Positions 37,909 to 52,769 of a DNA stretch of 64,000 bases are shown here, piece after piece. The notes beneath the pieces were generated by a model. That model saw only the letters and a list, made by a program, of their open reading frames with translations. It did no database searches and was not told the origin of the DNA. Within the stretch, counting starts at the first letter, position 1. Each line of letters begins with the position of its first letter. The translations under genes and the position numbers were made by a program. The stretch comes from Eledone cirrhosa (Eukaryota), in assembly GCA_964016885.1 (NCBI GenBank), contig OZ024742.1, positions 87,482,001-87,546,000 on the forward strand, in the 5' to 3' direction.

Positions 37909-38650
37909 GAGACAGCTGAGTATATTTTACTGAGAGAGAATAGCGTAATTTTGAGAGAAGAGATGATGAAAATGAATATAGAGTGGATGAATACCGTAAG
38001 ATGGATAAATCAATAATAACAACTAATAACAGATACTAATATAAAGGTGGATAAAAACAATAATACAGTTAAGTTGAAGAATGTATCTAATGTTTAATTA
38101 ATAATGTTTAATTAATAATTTTGATTAAATGTTTAATTAATAATTTATGAATTCAATCCCTAGTTTACATGTTTAAATGTGTATGTTATATTATGTTATT
38201 ATTATTAGAGAATATATATTATGAAAAATTATATTATTAAATAATATATATTATTAAAAACAGTATATTTAAATTAAGCCGTTGGAATAGGGAAAAAAGG
38301 AAAGAAAGAAAGTGAGAAACCTGAGCATGTTTTAGTGATAGAAAATAGCGTAAATTTAAGGGAAGATGCGAAGAAAAAATTTAGCGTGGATGAACACTAA
38401 TAACAACCAATAACAGATACTAATAAAAATGGATACATTTAAGTTGAAGAATGTATCTAAAGTTTAATTAATACATTTGATTAAATGTTTAATTAATAAT
38501 TTATCAATTCAATCCGTAGCATAAATGTTTAAGTGTGTATGTTATATTATTAAAGTTGTGACCTATATATTATCATAAAAGAATATATATAATTAAAAAA
38601 TATGTTATTATAAAAAAAACAAATATAATTTTATTATTATTAATTAATTA
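37740..38650. repeat. Tandem duplication, ~525 bp period, with (GAAA)n expansion in copy 1
   Basis: tatatttaaattaagccgttggaatagggaaaa at 37740 and ~38265; shared taagttgaagaatgtatctaa blocks. Confidence 0.85.
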
Positions 38651-38757
38651 ATTACTTAATTATTTTTAAAAAAATTGTGTGTGTTCTCACACACAAAAAC
38701 AAGATGGCGTAGGACAGAACAAAGGAGAGGCACAAAACACAAAGAAAAGAACCCCCA

Positions 38758-38800
38758 GTCACTGAAGAGGTCAGATAATGTGTGACGAAAGAACTTTGAC
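38758..38800 (+). ncRNA. Minimal hammerhead candidate
   Basis: guca-CUGAAGA-g-guca(gauaaugug)ugac-GAAA-g-aa-CUU-ugac; stem III is very short and would need dimer-type folding. Confidence 0.5.
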
Positions 38801-38947
38801 CATATATAAGCAACCATCTGGTTGTGGAACCAACCAACCAACCGGAAAAATTATAAATTCTTAAATTTATAAATTTATTATAATAAATTGAAGTGAAAGC
38901 AGCTGGTTCGTGTGTTTCTTATTGGCAACATGACCCTCCCAAAGTAT

Positions 38948-39021
<74 letters not shown>

Positions 39022-39073
39022 GTGTGTGTGTGTGTGTATATAAATATATATAAGTGTGTATATATATATATAC

Positions 39074-39136
<63 letters not shown>

Positions 39137-41365
39137 GGGATGTATATGTGTATGTGTGTGTGCGTGTGTGTTTGTAAGTATGTGTGCAGTGAATTCCATA
39201 TAAATATATAACTCTATCTGTTCTCTAGTAAATGTTTGTCAGACTACATTTATTATGCGGGTATAGTAATTGTTTTCAATTTATTCGAACTGACACAAAT
39301 ATAAGTTAGAGGCATAGGGTAAATAAGCTTATTATATCGATCTCAAGGTGTAACTGCTATTTATCTTTTGATCTTGTAAACAATTAATATCACGTCAAAC
39401 CGGTAGTATTTTAATATCTAATTGAAAGATCCCTAAAACATACCGCAATAATACATAAACTACTATCTTTCCATTCTTTCTCTTCTTTCTTCCTTTTCTC
39501 TCTCTTTTTAATCTGTCTTTCTATGTCCTTCCCCCTCTCTCTCTCTTTCACTCTCTCTCTCTATTTACTCTCTGTCATACTGACACTACAGTAATATATC
39601 ATAATATATCAGAGTGAACAATATCACAACTATGTAAATTTGGCCATTCGACTAATGTAATATAAAATACATATTGATATTACGAGTTTATTAGTTGTTA
39701 TTGTGTGGTATATTAGCTAAGTCATAGCAAAATCTTTGTTGTGGCGATTAAACAATATGTTTTCTTATATCGAAAACTGAATGCTTATGTGTGATACATT
39801 TGTTTTATATCAATGATAAATTACGGTATTTCTGGTTGCTTGGTGTAAAATCACGATGAACACATGGACTATCACCCATTTGATTAATCCGTGTCATATA
39901 AACACACACACGCACACACATACACACACACATATATGCACACACACACACACACACACATACACACATACTCACACACTCGCACACTCCCACTCTCACA
40001 CACACACACTTTCTCTCTCACACACACACATATATATATGTGCGTGTGTGTATGGGTATATATATATGTGTATACATACATATATGTATATGTGTGTGTT
40101 CGTGTATGTCTCGGTGTGTGTGTGTGTATGTATGTTTCTGTGTGTATCAAGAAAGTCAGAATATGGAGAACGACATATTTCTATAAGTTCACATTTCTTG
40201 AAGGTTGGAAATGATCGAGATATGAAACAAAACAATAGTTTCATATAATCAATCATATTTGTACGTGTTAATTTGGACGGAAGTGATTTAATACCTGAGC
40301 ACGTTAATTATAATCATTTTGTGATGGATGATATAAAAAAATGTACATAATTTTCAGTTGTAACCTTAATTATTTATCTGCATTCCATTGAAACGTTCGT
40401 TAGTCATCCTCCCTTACATATTGTAATAATTACCAGTATTACTGTGTCTATAGCCCAGTTATTTCTCAACTTAACTGAAAATTAATTGTAATTCACGTAT
40501 GCTACTTTGAATTATTTGTCATTAATGATACAATGTAATTTATTTAATAACAAAGCAATTGTTATTTGTGGAAGGAATAGATTTGAACATTTAAAATATA
40601 TAAATGTACGAAAACATTTGATCGAAGAGCTGAAACATTGTGAATTACTCATCGGAAATATACAAATAAAAAAAAAAAAATATTCACATATTTAATACGC
40701 ATTTCGATATTTTTAATTTTTCGTTGCCGCTATTTCTGTTGTAGCTATATTTATGGATCGCATAATGAGTATTGTATTACATATGTAAACGTACCATAGA
40801 AATCTCAGCAGATATCATGTTGAAAGCAAGAAGTAAGCAATTAAAGCCAATCTCATGGAAGAAAATTGCATCGGTCAGCTAAGGAATGAATTCAATAGTT
40901 CATTTCCTAAATGATATTTTGTCATCTTTTTCCAGAAAAGGATTAATTCAATGGTGAATACATGTTCATGGATAGTCTACAATATGTTTCTTATATTCGT
41001 TAACATTTAGCATACATTTAATATATATAGCTAAATCATGTTAGCTCATAAATCTGTCAGTGAGAAGAAAACTGCCATTTAATAGAAAGAGAAGTGACAC
41101 GTAGATGTTTAAGTCATATATTTACCCAAGGATAACAAATAATAAGTATATGAGATTGAATATTTTACACCACAGTTTAATTAGGAAAATAAATATCTTG
41201 AACGTTATTAATTCTTCATAATTCTTCAATAATTAATTTAATATGTATTCATTGCTCTCAATAGATAAGAGGCAATGAATGATAAACAAAGAGTGAATAA
41301 ATGAGGGAAATATAATAATTTCTTTATCCATCGTTTCCGTGTCTCCTGTATGTATGTGTGACTAT

Positions 41366-41457
<92 letters not shown>

Positions 41458-41543
41458 TGTATGTATGTATGTATGTATGTATATATATAAAATAAAATAA
41501 TTAAGTCACATATTCAAAATTTGGCTTCGTTTATTAAAGGTGT

Positions 41544-41598
41544 ACTGCTATATATATTTCGGTGACAGCCATCCTTGGTTGTCACCCCTTCAAGCAGT
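41544..41598 (-). ncRNA. Hammerhead in 3' pLTR, core mutated (UUGAAGG)
   Basis: acugc-uUGAAGg-ggugaca...ugucacc-GAAA-u-auau-AUA-gcagu. Confidence 0.55.
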
Positions 41599-42531
41599 GC
41601 AAATTGGTGTGGTAGAGACGGGTACACATGTTGTTCAAGTGTTTAACTCCGTCAATACTCCGATATCTCCAGTTCCTCGTAGGGTTGTTATTTCTGAGGA
41701 ACTGGAATCATATGAATTCGAACAAACGAATTTCGGGATCAAAGGACACTCTCCCCTCCCTGGTGTTGGTACTGCTATTTTTAGAAGAATTTGTGTGTTT
41801 GTTGGCATCTATCCTGCTACCATTTCTCGTGTGGTGGTGGGGTTACCAACAGATGAAGAAATAAGATAAAGTAAAATGGAGATATAAAAGAATATACGGC
41901 AATAAATGAAGAAAATAAAAACAATTAAAAAAAAAAAATAAATAAATAAAATAATAAAAAGAATAAGATAATAAAAGAATAACATAAAATGCGTGTGTGT
42001 TATAACCAATCTCAAAATTCTGAAAGGTTTGGAAGATATTGACCGAAGTAGAAAGGCTGTGTCAGAATCAAGAAGTGCAAACGATCACAATCTTTACACT
42101 ATCATGGTGTGGTGCGTATTAAGAGCAAATGAAACAAGGGTGGAGTGTAAACACCAGAAACCGAGTGTTAAAATCCTGAAATGTAGACGACTACAGGTCC
42201 TATTTCGGCATAGAGTACATATACGTGTATGTCAACTCACATCGTGCCAAGGACACACGCACAGGCACAGATGCATCCCCTATGCACACGCACACACACA
42301 CACATTATAAACCCACAAACACACCCACATACACAGCCCCACATTCACACCCACGTGCACACATACACAACCACACACCGACACACACATGTAAGTAACA
42401 GAATCTATGTTTCGACATATGCATAAGTATGTGTTGTCACAAGAGTCGACCGAGGCAGATGTAGGGGTGGTAACTGTGCAGGGGTGGTTTACCGTGGGCT
42501 CAGTGTAGTGGGGCTGCTGTCCTTAGAGCTA

Positions 42532-42915
42532 GAGGGAAGTTCCATCCCAATGTGTTGTTATTGTCCATATAGTTTGAGGAAGGTCCCGGTACTGAGGTGT
42601 CTACATGTCCCGGAGAAGTCCCTATAGCTTGAGGGGAGTTCTCATCCTAATGTGTTGTTACTGTCCATATAGCTTGAGGAAGTTCCCGGCCCTGAGAGGT
42701 CTACACGTTCCGGAGAAGTCCCTATAACTTGAGGGAAGTTCCCATCCCGATGTGTTGTTACTGTCCACATAGCTTGAGGAATGTCCCGACCCTGAGATGT
42801 CTACATGTCCGGAGAAATCCCTATAACTTGAGGGAAGTTCCCATCCCAATGTGTTGTTACTGTCCATATAGCTAGAGGAAGGCCCCGGCCCAGAGGTTTC
42901 GACATGTCCCGAAGA
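42532..42915. repeat. ~106-bp tandem repeat (~3.6 copies) at the PLE ORF C-terminus/3' UTR
   Basis: gagggaagttcccatcccaatgtgttgttactgtccatatagcttgaggaa recurs with ~105-107 bp period. Confidence 0.9.
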
Positions 42916-44908
42916 ACTCAGTCCTGAGGTTTATCAGGCTGCTTCCACCTTAGAGTATACCGAGGGTCTCGCTCAGACATAGTTTGCAGATACCAGATCC
43001 CCCTTTATCAGATGGTACTTTCCTGATTTGGGACCAAGCCAGAGAGTACGGGGTCCTGTCCATCTTCAGCTTCCAGATCAGTTCGGATAGACCCGTACTT
43101 TTCCTGTTGTCCTCCGTATTAAGGGAATAGTTCTGCTGGGTGCTTATATTGCCAGCTTCTTGTTTGGTGTGGTTTTTAAGTCTAACCCTATTGATGCTAT
43201 CTATGTGCTGGGCCACATTTCGCGTGGTAGAGTACGAGAGCTTAACGGCGTGTCTGTTGAAGATGTTGCGGCATATATGGTCCCTCGGGAAGAATGTATC
43301 TAGCGCTCTAAAGAATGAGCGGGACAAACTGTTCTGAAGGGCCGCTGAGTAGGGTGGTTTGTACAACGTGAATTTTCTGCCTCTAGTCCTATGTGGGTGG
43401 GTTGAGCGTGCCGTGGGCTGTTTGGGAGTTGTTGGATTGCTAGTGGTTCCCGCATTGATGCTTCCACTTTGGGCGCTATGTGTTTTACTAACTTCCCGGC
43501 CCGAATATGTGGGGTGGTCGTTGCCCACGCTGGGAGCTCTACAATGGGATGGTCCTCCATCAGTCCCTCTACGTGTCTTGCGGTTTGTGGCGTCGGGCCC
43601 GGGGTGGTTAGTATCACCCCTGAGAACGCTACTAGTATTGGGTTTCCTCCAATGGTTATGCGTACGCGTCCCCCTCGCCAACGTGGTGGTGTCGGCCTCA
43701 TGGTGATTAGTTGTTTCCATCCTGCCTGTATTGTTAGGGTTCCCCCCTCCCGGATACCGTGGATCGGCTTGTCCGGTGGGCCATCCACATCAGGGCGCCT
43801 CGGATTATATGATATATTTTAGGCACGCGACGCCTTATTTGGAGCTGCGTTGTAATATTCTGCGTTGCTATCTATTATTTCCTTATTTGTGGACAGGCTG
43901 GAGATCCTATCCGAGACACTCTTCAGTACGGCCTTAATTATGGGTCTATGGTGGTTTGACTTGGCGTTAATATATACAGGTTTCTGATTGTGCTTGTGGT
44001 AGGGGTAGTATTGCTCGGTGTTCAGGTTTAGCGTGGTGTCTAGGAAGTTAACTACCTTTCTATTTGGGTTTAGTTCGATACTGAGCCCCTGGTTCTTAAA
44101 TAAATGCCGAATACGCCTCTTCATTCACTTCACCATAGTGGTGTCGTGGTCATAGACTGTGAAGAGAGCATCATCACGATACAATCCGCCGCCCAGGCAG
44201 ATCATTTCTTAAATTATCTGCTTCAGCAGGAAGAGCCTAGCCAGGCCCGTTACCTGTGCGGAGTCGCTGGAGCCCATTGTGATGTCAAATTTATTTGGCC
44301 AATCACTCCTGGTCCAAAGGTCTCCACCAAAACGGATCAATGATTTTCGGGTGGCGTGGATGATGCCCACCTCCTTTCGGGTTAGGTCCATATTGGACAT
44401 CGCTAAAAAAGGGCCTTATTGAGTACTATGGGGGAGATTGAAGAGTAATAGCCTGCGATATCCGGTTGGATAAAGCTGGTCCTACTTTTACCAGGTAGTA
44501 ACTTAAACCATTCTATTACCTCTCCCGTGCATGACCATTGCTGTAATCTAGTTTCTTTCCGAAGCTTGGGCAAAACCCTATCTAGTATGCTTTTACTGAC
44601 GATCCCTAGGTCTGGTCTGGAGGGGGCTATTAGTCTAACACGGAGGTCAGACTCAAAGTTTGGCTCGTGATCTTTAAGTGTAATCCGCGGCTCCCAAGGT
44701 TACTATGGGGCCGTCCTGTCCTCTATGCCGAGTCTGGATAAAATCCTGTAAATTGTGGTGTTGATCCATGGTAAATCCAGGTGCTTTTTTGTAGCATTTC
44801 CTCAGTTCCCTGAGAATTAGCTTATTATACAGTTCAGGAACTGGGCATATCGGAGTATTGACCGAGTTAAACACTTCAACAACATGTGTACCCGTCTCTA
44901 CCACACGG

Positions 44909-44963
44909 ACTGCCTGAAGAGGTCACCTCCGAGGATTGCTGTCACCGAAATATATATAGCAGT
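44909..44963 (+). ncRNA. Minimal type-I hammerhead ribozyme in inverted pLTR
   Basis: acugc-CUGAAGA-ggucac...gucacc-GAAA-u-auau-AUA-gcagu; stem I perfect, one C.C mismatch in stem II. Confidence 0.8.
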
Positions 44964-45112
44964 ACACCTTTAATAAACGAAGCCAAATTTTAAATATTTG
45001 ATTTAATTATTTTATTTTACATTACTCCAGCGTAAACCAAACCAACCTGCGCAACTTGTCGAGTGCTCCAATCTGCAAACTGAGGTGTCGGTAAACAACC
45101 AACATATACTCA

Positions 45113-45137
<25 letters not shown>

Positions 45138-45143
<6 letters not shown>

Positions 45144-45376
45144 ATTAGAAACGGAGAATCCGTGGTGCGACGAATTAAAAGTTATTAGACATATTACAAT
45201 CGTTCCTCTAGCGACCACCTCGAGACACGATCGATACTATGATCGAAACTGACTCTGAAATCGCAAGGTCCTCAGATACGTCTCCATCTTTCCAAGCAGA
45301 GTTTCCAAACGATTGTAATTTGTCTAATAAATTTTAATTCGTCCCACCACTGATTCTCCGTTTCTTATGTGATATT
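45138..45376 (-). mobile_element. Small fold-back element (arms 45138-45203 / 45308-45376) with a near-intact hammerhead (45188-45282)
   Basis: Minus strand: gacguau-CUGAGGA-ccuugcga...ucgcuaga-GgAAC-gauu-GUA-auauguc (7-bp stem I). Confidence 0.6.
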
Positions 45377-45457
45377 ATACTCTGCTCTGTAAGAGCATCG
45401 AGAGCTCAAACGGCCTGCCACATACGGACGCTTTAAACATCCCACACCACTTATATA

Positions 45458-45532
<75 letters not shown>

Positions 45533-45761
45533 TTAATCCTTGGTACGGGGACCGGAAAAAACAAAAGTCCCTGAAGTGAAAGGCACATGGGATGATGAAG
45601 ATTGCGTCTATTCGTGAAAGTAGGTGATTGAGCGCAATCCACTTCTTCTGCATATATATATATATAGATATATATATATTCATATATATATATAGAGAGA
45701 GAGATTATGTAAAAGACAGAGAGGTTGATAGAGAGAGAGAGAGACATGGAGAGAGAGAGAA

Positions 45762-45859
<98 letters not shown>

Positions 45860-46345
45860 TCAAATCATGCTTCTCTAAGAATATACGGATCGCAGACTGT
45901 GGAGGATGCCTTACATTGTTGCAATATATATACGTTATATACTAGAATATACAGACATGAAATCCTTTTTCATGCTTCTGGGTAGTTTTCTTCCTGTTGG
46001 AAACGGAATACTTTTCCCTTTAGGGAAAGAATCACTTGGTTTTTAGATTTTTATTTCCTTTTTTTCAGATGCAAAATTTAACATGGGTAAATATTCAAGT
46101 ATCACGTGGTATATGCATTACAAAGAATCCTCCTTGTCCTGGTGTTGTGAGACAAATTTGCACGTTAAATATGTGTTTAGAAAATTGTGAATGCGTGTTT
46201 AGGTATATACATACATGTGTGTATATATACATACAAATGCATACGTGACTTTTATATATGTATGAGCATATATATATCTACATACGTATATTCCTATACG
46301 TATATGCGTCCACTCGTATGTATATAATGTCTACGGTTGTTACAG

Positions 46346-46377
<32 letters not shown>

Positions 46378-46642
46378 GCTTCCTATATATAACTGATATC
46401 TCTATAATACGTATCTGTATATATATTATATACAACATGTTACTAATACAGCAATATATATGTATATCCACAAAATATATGTAGTTGTAATGTTTTAATT
46501 TTTTTTTAATCCGTACGAATACCATATGTATGTATGTTCGTTATTTGTGTAATAGTTCAATAAATATATCGCTTATATGTGATATATTTAACATTGTGTG
46601 TGTATTTATTTATGTCGTGTATGTATGTATATATATATATAT

Positions 46643-46722
<80 letters not shown>

Positions 46723-46793
46723 ATATATGTATATATATACATATATACATAATTCCACATAAATACTACAAACACAGACAAGTATACATACAT

Positions 46794-46856
<63 letters not shown>

Positions 46857-46864
46857 CATATATA

Positions 46865-47002
<138 letters not shown>

Positions 47003-47659
47003 AATATATATATATTTATATATATATATATACATACAAACATCCATACACACATACATACATACATACATACATACTGCATGTTGTTTTCCACCTTGTG
47101 TTAATTGTATTTCCCAGTTATGTGTTATATTTTTTGTTAAGTTCTACAATTCCGTTTTTTTTTGTTGTTGTTTTTAGTCAAAGTTTGAAAGTCTTCAGTA
47201 ACATGTCTATAATGCTGCAGCATTAATTAAAGTCTTATGTTAAAGTTTCCAATATGTCTCTCTTTGTAAACTCTCATTACTAAATTTCGTTTATGTCTAA
47301 TTTACATTTCGTCAACATTAATATTTCCAAGTACCTTGTATATTTCGCCCTGTTTAAATGTTTGGTTAATCCTTTTCCATGTCAAGTCGAATATTTCTTC
47401 CGTCATTATTATTATTATTTATTGTTAAACATATTAAATGTTTCGAATAGATTTGTCTTTTATATTATTCGTTGTTTCGTTGTTTCGTTGTTAGTGTGGT
47501 CATCTGTGCTTAGCGTTAATGTAAGATATATGTATGTTTATGTATGCCCCTATAGATGTCTGTACATATTTAGCATCTTTTCTAACAATTAAATTTAAAT
47601 GGTCGTATATATACTTTCGACAATATGTTCAACAGGCATGCCTTAATTTTTTGTTGCAG

Positions 47660-47842
47660 TGGTGTGTAATAAGCCACCAAGTATTGAAAATGCATATCAC
47701 AATGCTCCAAGAGAACAAGCAAGGTTCCCAGCAGGTACCGAATTAATGTATACTTGTCATTCAACTTATACCGCGAGCGGCTATCAACGTGCTATGTGTA
47801 AAGGTGACGGTACATGGAGCGGACCAAAAATGACTTGTACAC
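47660..47842 (+). CDS. Internal coding exon, one Sushi/CCP domain (LEV-9/Hasp-like extracellular protein)
   Basis: Acceptor ttttttgttgcag|, donor |gtaagt; 183 nt, symmetric phase 1. VCNKPPSIENA...YTCHSTY...AMCKGDGTWSGPKMTC shows the four Cys and the Trp of CCP. Confidence 0.9.
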
Positions 47843-48765
47843 GTAAGTAAATTGATTAAGTTAAATTCGTGATATTTTCAATATTTAATAATTTAAGAAT
47901 TTTGTTTTCAAATGAATATGAGTTAAACATACATCCGACAACAAGTCTTATGATGTAGCTTTCTTCTCTTAAGTCATATTCCCATATTTTTAAAATATCT
48001 GCTGATTTGCATCACTGGATCACAATATGAGACATTCCTTGAGGTAAAAAAAAAATGCATATTTGGCTATTTGTGAATCAGAGAAATTCATATTATGAAG
48101 ATCATCCATATGGCGTGTATAAAGAAATTACACCTCAAATTATTAAAATAAATTTGAACTCGATGTCATTTACACTGTCATCATGAAACAAATATAATAA
48201 TTGCAGTAAAAGTTTTAATCCGTATGCGTAATGCCTATATTTAGTAACATATGAAATTATATGGAATATATAGATGCGTCATGAACATGTTTAAACCAGA
48301 ATATCTAATATCAAATGATACGAATATATCTAAATATATACCATATTGTCACCTCTCCAATGCAAACAGATTTACAATTGGTATGGTATTATGCAAATAT
48401 GCCAATGATTGTATAGAGATTATATATAATATTCTGGTTTTATATATTCTTACAATTACGAATGTCATTATTAACTCATAATGGTATGGAAAATACGTAA
48501 ATCTTACTCAGTGTAATGGTTCCTTGTATCTTCAGCCATGAACACTATTTCAGAAATCCTTTTAAGAAAATGTAAAACCTAATATTAAAACTACAATTTG
48601 TATTGGAATCCTGAAGTAAAAATACCAGTATCTTGGAAATTACAAACAGTAGATAGTGTTAATAAACAATTGAAAATGCCTTGATGGAATATATTCATCG
48701 TCCCCTTCATTTATATATTATAGAAACACAAAGAAAGGCAAACAAATATACTCAGTTACACACAG

Positions 48766-48809
<44 letters not shown>

Positions 48810-48816
<7 letters not shown>

Positions 48817-49419
48817 TTGGTGCTCTGAAATAGCTATATATATATGAATGTATATATAGTGTATTTTGCATACTCCTCCTATTTGCCGAAAATCATGGAT
48901 GGTTGATTCTTCTAGAATTCTAGTAAATAATCAGGAACGGATTATACAGAGCGGTTGCCGGTCAAGCAGCAATTGAAAATTAGAATTGGTGCTCTGAAAT
49001 AGCTATATATATATATGTATGAATGTATATATAGTGTATTTTGCAATACACTGTATGCTTAATTAAAAGCATTTCGAAGATCTTATGCTATTGTTTTAGA
49101 GTAGTGATAGTCTCACATAGTTCAATTTTCAGGAAACAGGGGAGATAAAGCTTGACCGGCAAGCGCTCTGTATAATCAGTTCCTGATTATTTACTAGAAT
49201 TCTATAAGTATCAAACATCCATGATGTTCGGCAAAGAGGAGGTGTAGTTAGCCTTGATAAGTCTCAACAAATGCGAAACAGAACTCTGTCGGCTGTATCT
49301 CCCCTGTTTGCTGAAAATTAAAGTAAGTGAGACTATCACTACTCTAAAATAATAGCATAAGGTCTTCGAAATGCTTTTAATTAAGCATACAGTGTATTGC
49401 AAAATACACTATATATACA

Positions 49420-49420
<1 letters not shown>
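48810..49420. repeat. Second copy of the 22728-23270 family, direct plus fold-back arrangement in (TA)n
   Basis: ttagaattggtgctctgaaatagctatata at 48811 and ~48980; 49150-49420 contains inverted copies of 48885-49150. Confidence 0.85.
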
Positions 49421-49507
<87 letters not shown>

Positions 49508-50485
49508 CGTAAGGTTATCGGTCACAGACACGCAAACACTCACGTATACAAGTAAATATTGCTGTGCCACAAAGATCCAATGTAAATTTGGCGTAACACT
49601 CCAAATCAGAGCACACGCATAATAGATAATGATTACATGTTTAATAATTTGTATACAAATAAATTACAGCCAAACCGAACGTTAATAATATTACTTATAT
49701 TACATCAGAAATACAAAGTTCGAATAGAGTCCAGGAGAAAATATTTTTGCGTCTTGAGAAAAAAAGAGCTATTACCATAATTGAATGCATATAATTAGTA
49801 ATGTAAATGAGCCGACAATGATCTCATTAATTAGAAAAAAGTATTAATTGACCATGTAAGAGTTTGAGTAAAAAGAATATCTCATATCTTGATATGGCGG
49901 CTGCGTCAATAACTATCGCAGTGGTGGGCAGGGAGCAATGCTAGAAATAACTCACATATATTTATATGTATGCATGTGTGTATATATGTATAAATGCATG
50001 TATGAATGTATGTATGTATAAATGTATGTGCGTTTGTATGCATATATGTATGTATGTATTCATATAGTAAAAACATTCTACCCGTTGATATTGAAATAAC
50101 TTAAATAAGAAGTGTACGAAATTGGAAAAAAATATCCTATATTGCTCTATCTAGAAATATCACTGCTCGCAATATACAGCAATGTGTGCAAATTGAATTG
50201 CATTTGTATTACCAGCAAAGACGTAAACTTACGTATCATATTGATATGTGACCTAAACGTATATGGAGAAATCACTAGACAATAGCTATGAGTTTACGTA
50301 GTTAGATAGCCTGAATTATTAGTTGATAAACAATTTTGATCATAGTAGAAGACGCGTAAGATAATGTGCCTTAATATTTCCAAGAGAACTTAATCATAGG
50401 CACATATATCCACACACACGCACATACACACGCGCGCACACACACACGCACACACACACTCACACACACATATATATATATATAC

Positions 50486-50573
<88 letters not shown>

Positions 50574-50813
50574 ATTAGCAGTGCTAGAACGAGAAATATT
50601 ATTTTCTTTACGCACACACACATACACCCCCGCCCTCACCAAACAAATATATGTATATATATATATATATATATAGATAGATATATATACTGCTTCCCTA
50701 ACTATATATATATATATACATAGTAATAATACATTTGAATACTAAAATCCAAATAGGGCTCGATATGGATAAATATATATTAAATACCTGAGAACCGTAG
50801 AGCAAATCTGATC

Positions 50814-50874
<61 letters not shown>

Positions 50875-50999
50875 GGAAGCAGAAAAGTGCTTATTGTGAT
50901 CCAGTTCTTGGTCGAGAGAGCCAGTTTCATGGATGGTTTCAACGTACGGTTAAGTGTGACTCCACAAGTTTGTAAGAATTCCGTTCAATCTTGGAGTAT

Positions 51000-52076
51000 A
51001 AAGTATAAAAGAGAATACACAGGTAAGCATTAAGAGAAGGATTTTATCCAGGTATGTTATCCAGTTTCATTGGCAAGTGCAAACTTATATTGCTATACTG
51101 CAAATAGCAGCCACTAAATTATAATTGTTTATCACAGTTCACATTTTCAAAATAGTGAGTAAGTTACTCTTGAAATAATTCTTAATATATAGAGAAAAAC
51201 ATTTATTTGGAATTGTATTTACTAGTATAGAGAGAGAGGAATCAGAAGGTGAGGGGACAAACGGAATAGTATAGATAGATAGGAAGGGGGGGAGTTAGGA
51301 AGTAGAGTGACAAACTGAGATGGAGGGAGGGGTAGAGGTGAAAGGATTCCTTGATAAGTTTTGATAGCAGACTTTATGTCGTGGAATGTAAGATAAATAT
51401 ACATATACAAAATCAAGATAAAGATAATAATGACAAAAATAAACGGAAAGAAGGGGGAAGAAAGAAGAAAAGAAAAGATAGCCAAGAAGGGGAGGGAAGG
51501 AAATAAGAAAACGAAGAAATAGAAGAAGAATGAAGGAGAAGGGGGGGGGGGGTATAGGTATTGGTTTTTGTGGGTAATTAAATGGGTTTAGATACAAAAA
51601 GAAGGTATAAAGTCTAAGTATATGCAGTTTGTCAGTTGGTAGTAAGAGGTTAAGGGTTCGATTTGCACTTTCTAGTGCGAAAACCTCTCTTTGAGGCTAT
51701 GGTTACAATAAATTGTTCTTTCGATTGTATTGTTGAGTAATTTATTCTTCGAACTCAAGATGTGGAACAGCTCACGGTCGCATAATCGACAGCTTCTCAT
51801 ACCACTCCGATATGGGGGCGCGTTCGATAATGTTTTCCACTTCAGGGTGTATTGATAGTTACTTTCCCTCAGTTGCCAGGTCTTGTTTGCAAGGGCAGTT
51901 AAATAGCGATGCTGGGAATGTTTCATTGCGTAACGGTGTGTATACCAACGGGCTTTAAACGTATTCCCAGTCGCTCCGCAGTGTAGCAATATAAGGCTGC
52001 ACTTACCAATGAAACGGTCGTAAATACCTGGATAAAATCCTTCTCTAAATGCTTACCTGTGTTTTCTCTTTTATAC

Positions 52077-52078
<2 letters not shown>
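51000..52078 (-). mobile_element. 5'-truncated Naiad-type PLE (GIY-YIG C-terminal half) with inverted pLTR piece
   Basis: ORF 51672-51989: GATGNTFKARWYTH, TALANKTWQLRE, CRLCDRELFHI, LLNNTIERTIYCNH. 51002-51095 is inverted at ~51984-52078. Confidence 0.85.
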
Positions 52079-52107
<29 letters not shown>

Positions 52108-52148
52108 ATACTTTGGGAGGGTCATGTTGCTAAACAAATTCAGAAACG

Positions 52149-52201
<53 letters not shown>

Positions 52202-52219
52202 AATATATATATATATATA

Positions 52220-52353
52220 TAGGAAATTGTTAGACCTCGACGACAGAGCTCAAGCCGTATCGACGGCTATTTTCCTGACTTTTCCACCCAGCTGTCCAGA
52301 AATAACCGTAGACACGGCTTGAGCTCTGCTGTCGGAGTCTAACATTTTCCTAT
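52220..52353. repeat. Imperfect hairpin in (TA)n (arms ~55 bp)
   Basis: taggaaattgttagacctcgacgacagagctcaagccgt vs acggcttgagctctgctgtcggagtctaacattttccta. Confidence 0.85.
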
Positions 52354-52425
52354 TACCCATTCTACTACCCTAAGTATTCAGTACTTCCTTCATTATATAT
52401 ATATATATTTATATATATATATATT

Positions 52426-52464
<39 letters not shown>

Positions 52465-52769
52465 ATATTTATATATATATTCAACACATATTTGAGTTAT
52501 TTGCATAGAAAATGATGAATCGATGTGACTTAAGACTGAAACTGTTATTTGCATTAATTACATGTACATTATGTGAGATTTATAACCACTTGTACGTAAA
52601 TATAATTCTAAAGATATGACATCCGAAAATATTCAATGGCATTTCGATATACACAACCGTTATATTTCTATTTTATAAAAAAAAATATATATTTTGGGAA
52701 AACCATGCCTGCAGGTATGTTAACGTGTGCATGCTGATTCATGTTAACGTGTGCATGCTGATTCATACT

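Larger units (their letters stand above)
41490..45017 (-). mobile_element. Naiad-type Penelope-like element, decayed, with 3' pLTR and inverted pLTR at its 5' end
   Basis: RT: FDITMGSSDSAQVTGL, VNFLDTTLNL, YYPYHKHN; linker YKPPYS, FNRHAVKLSYS; EN C-term STGLSELIWKLK, CKLCLSE. 41490-41677 is inverted at 44835-45017. Confidence 0.88.
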
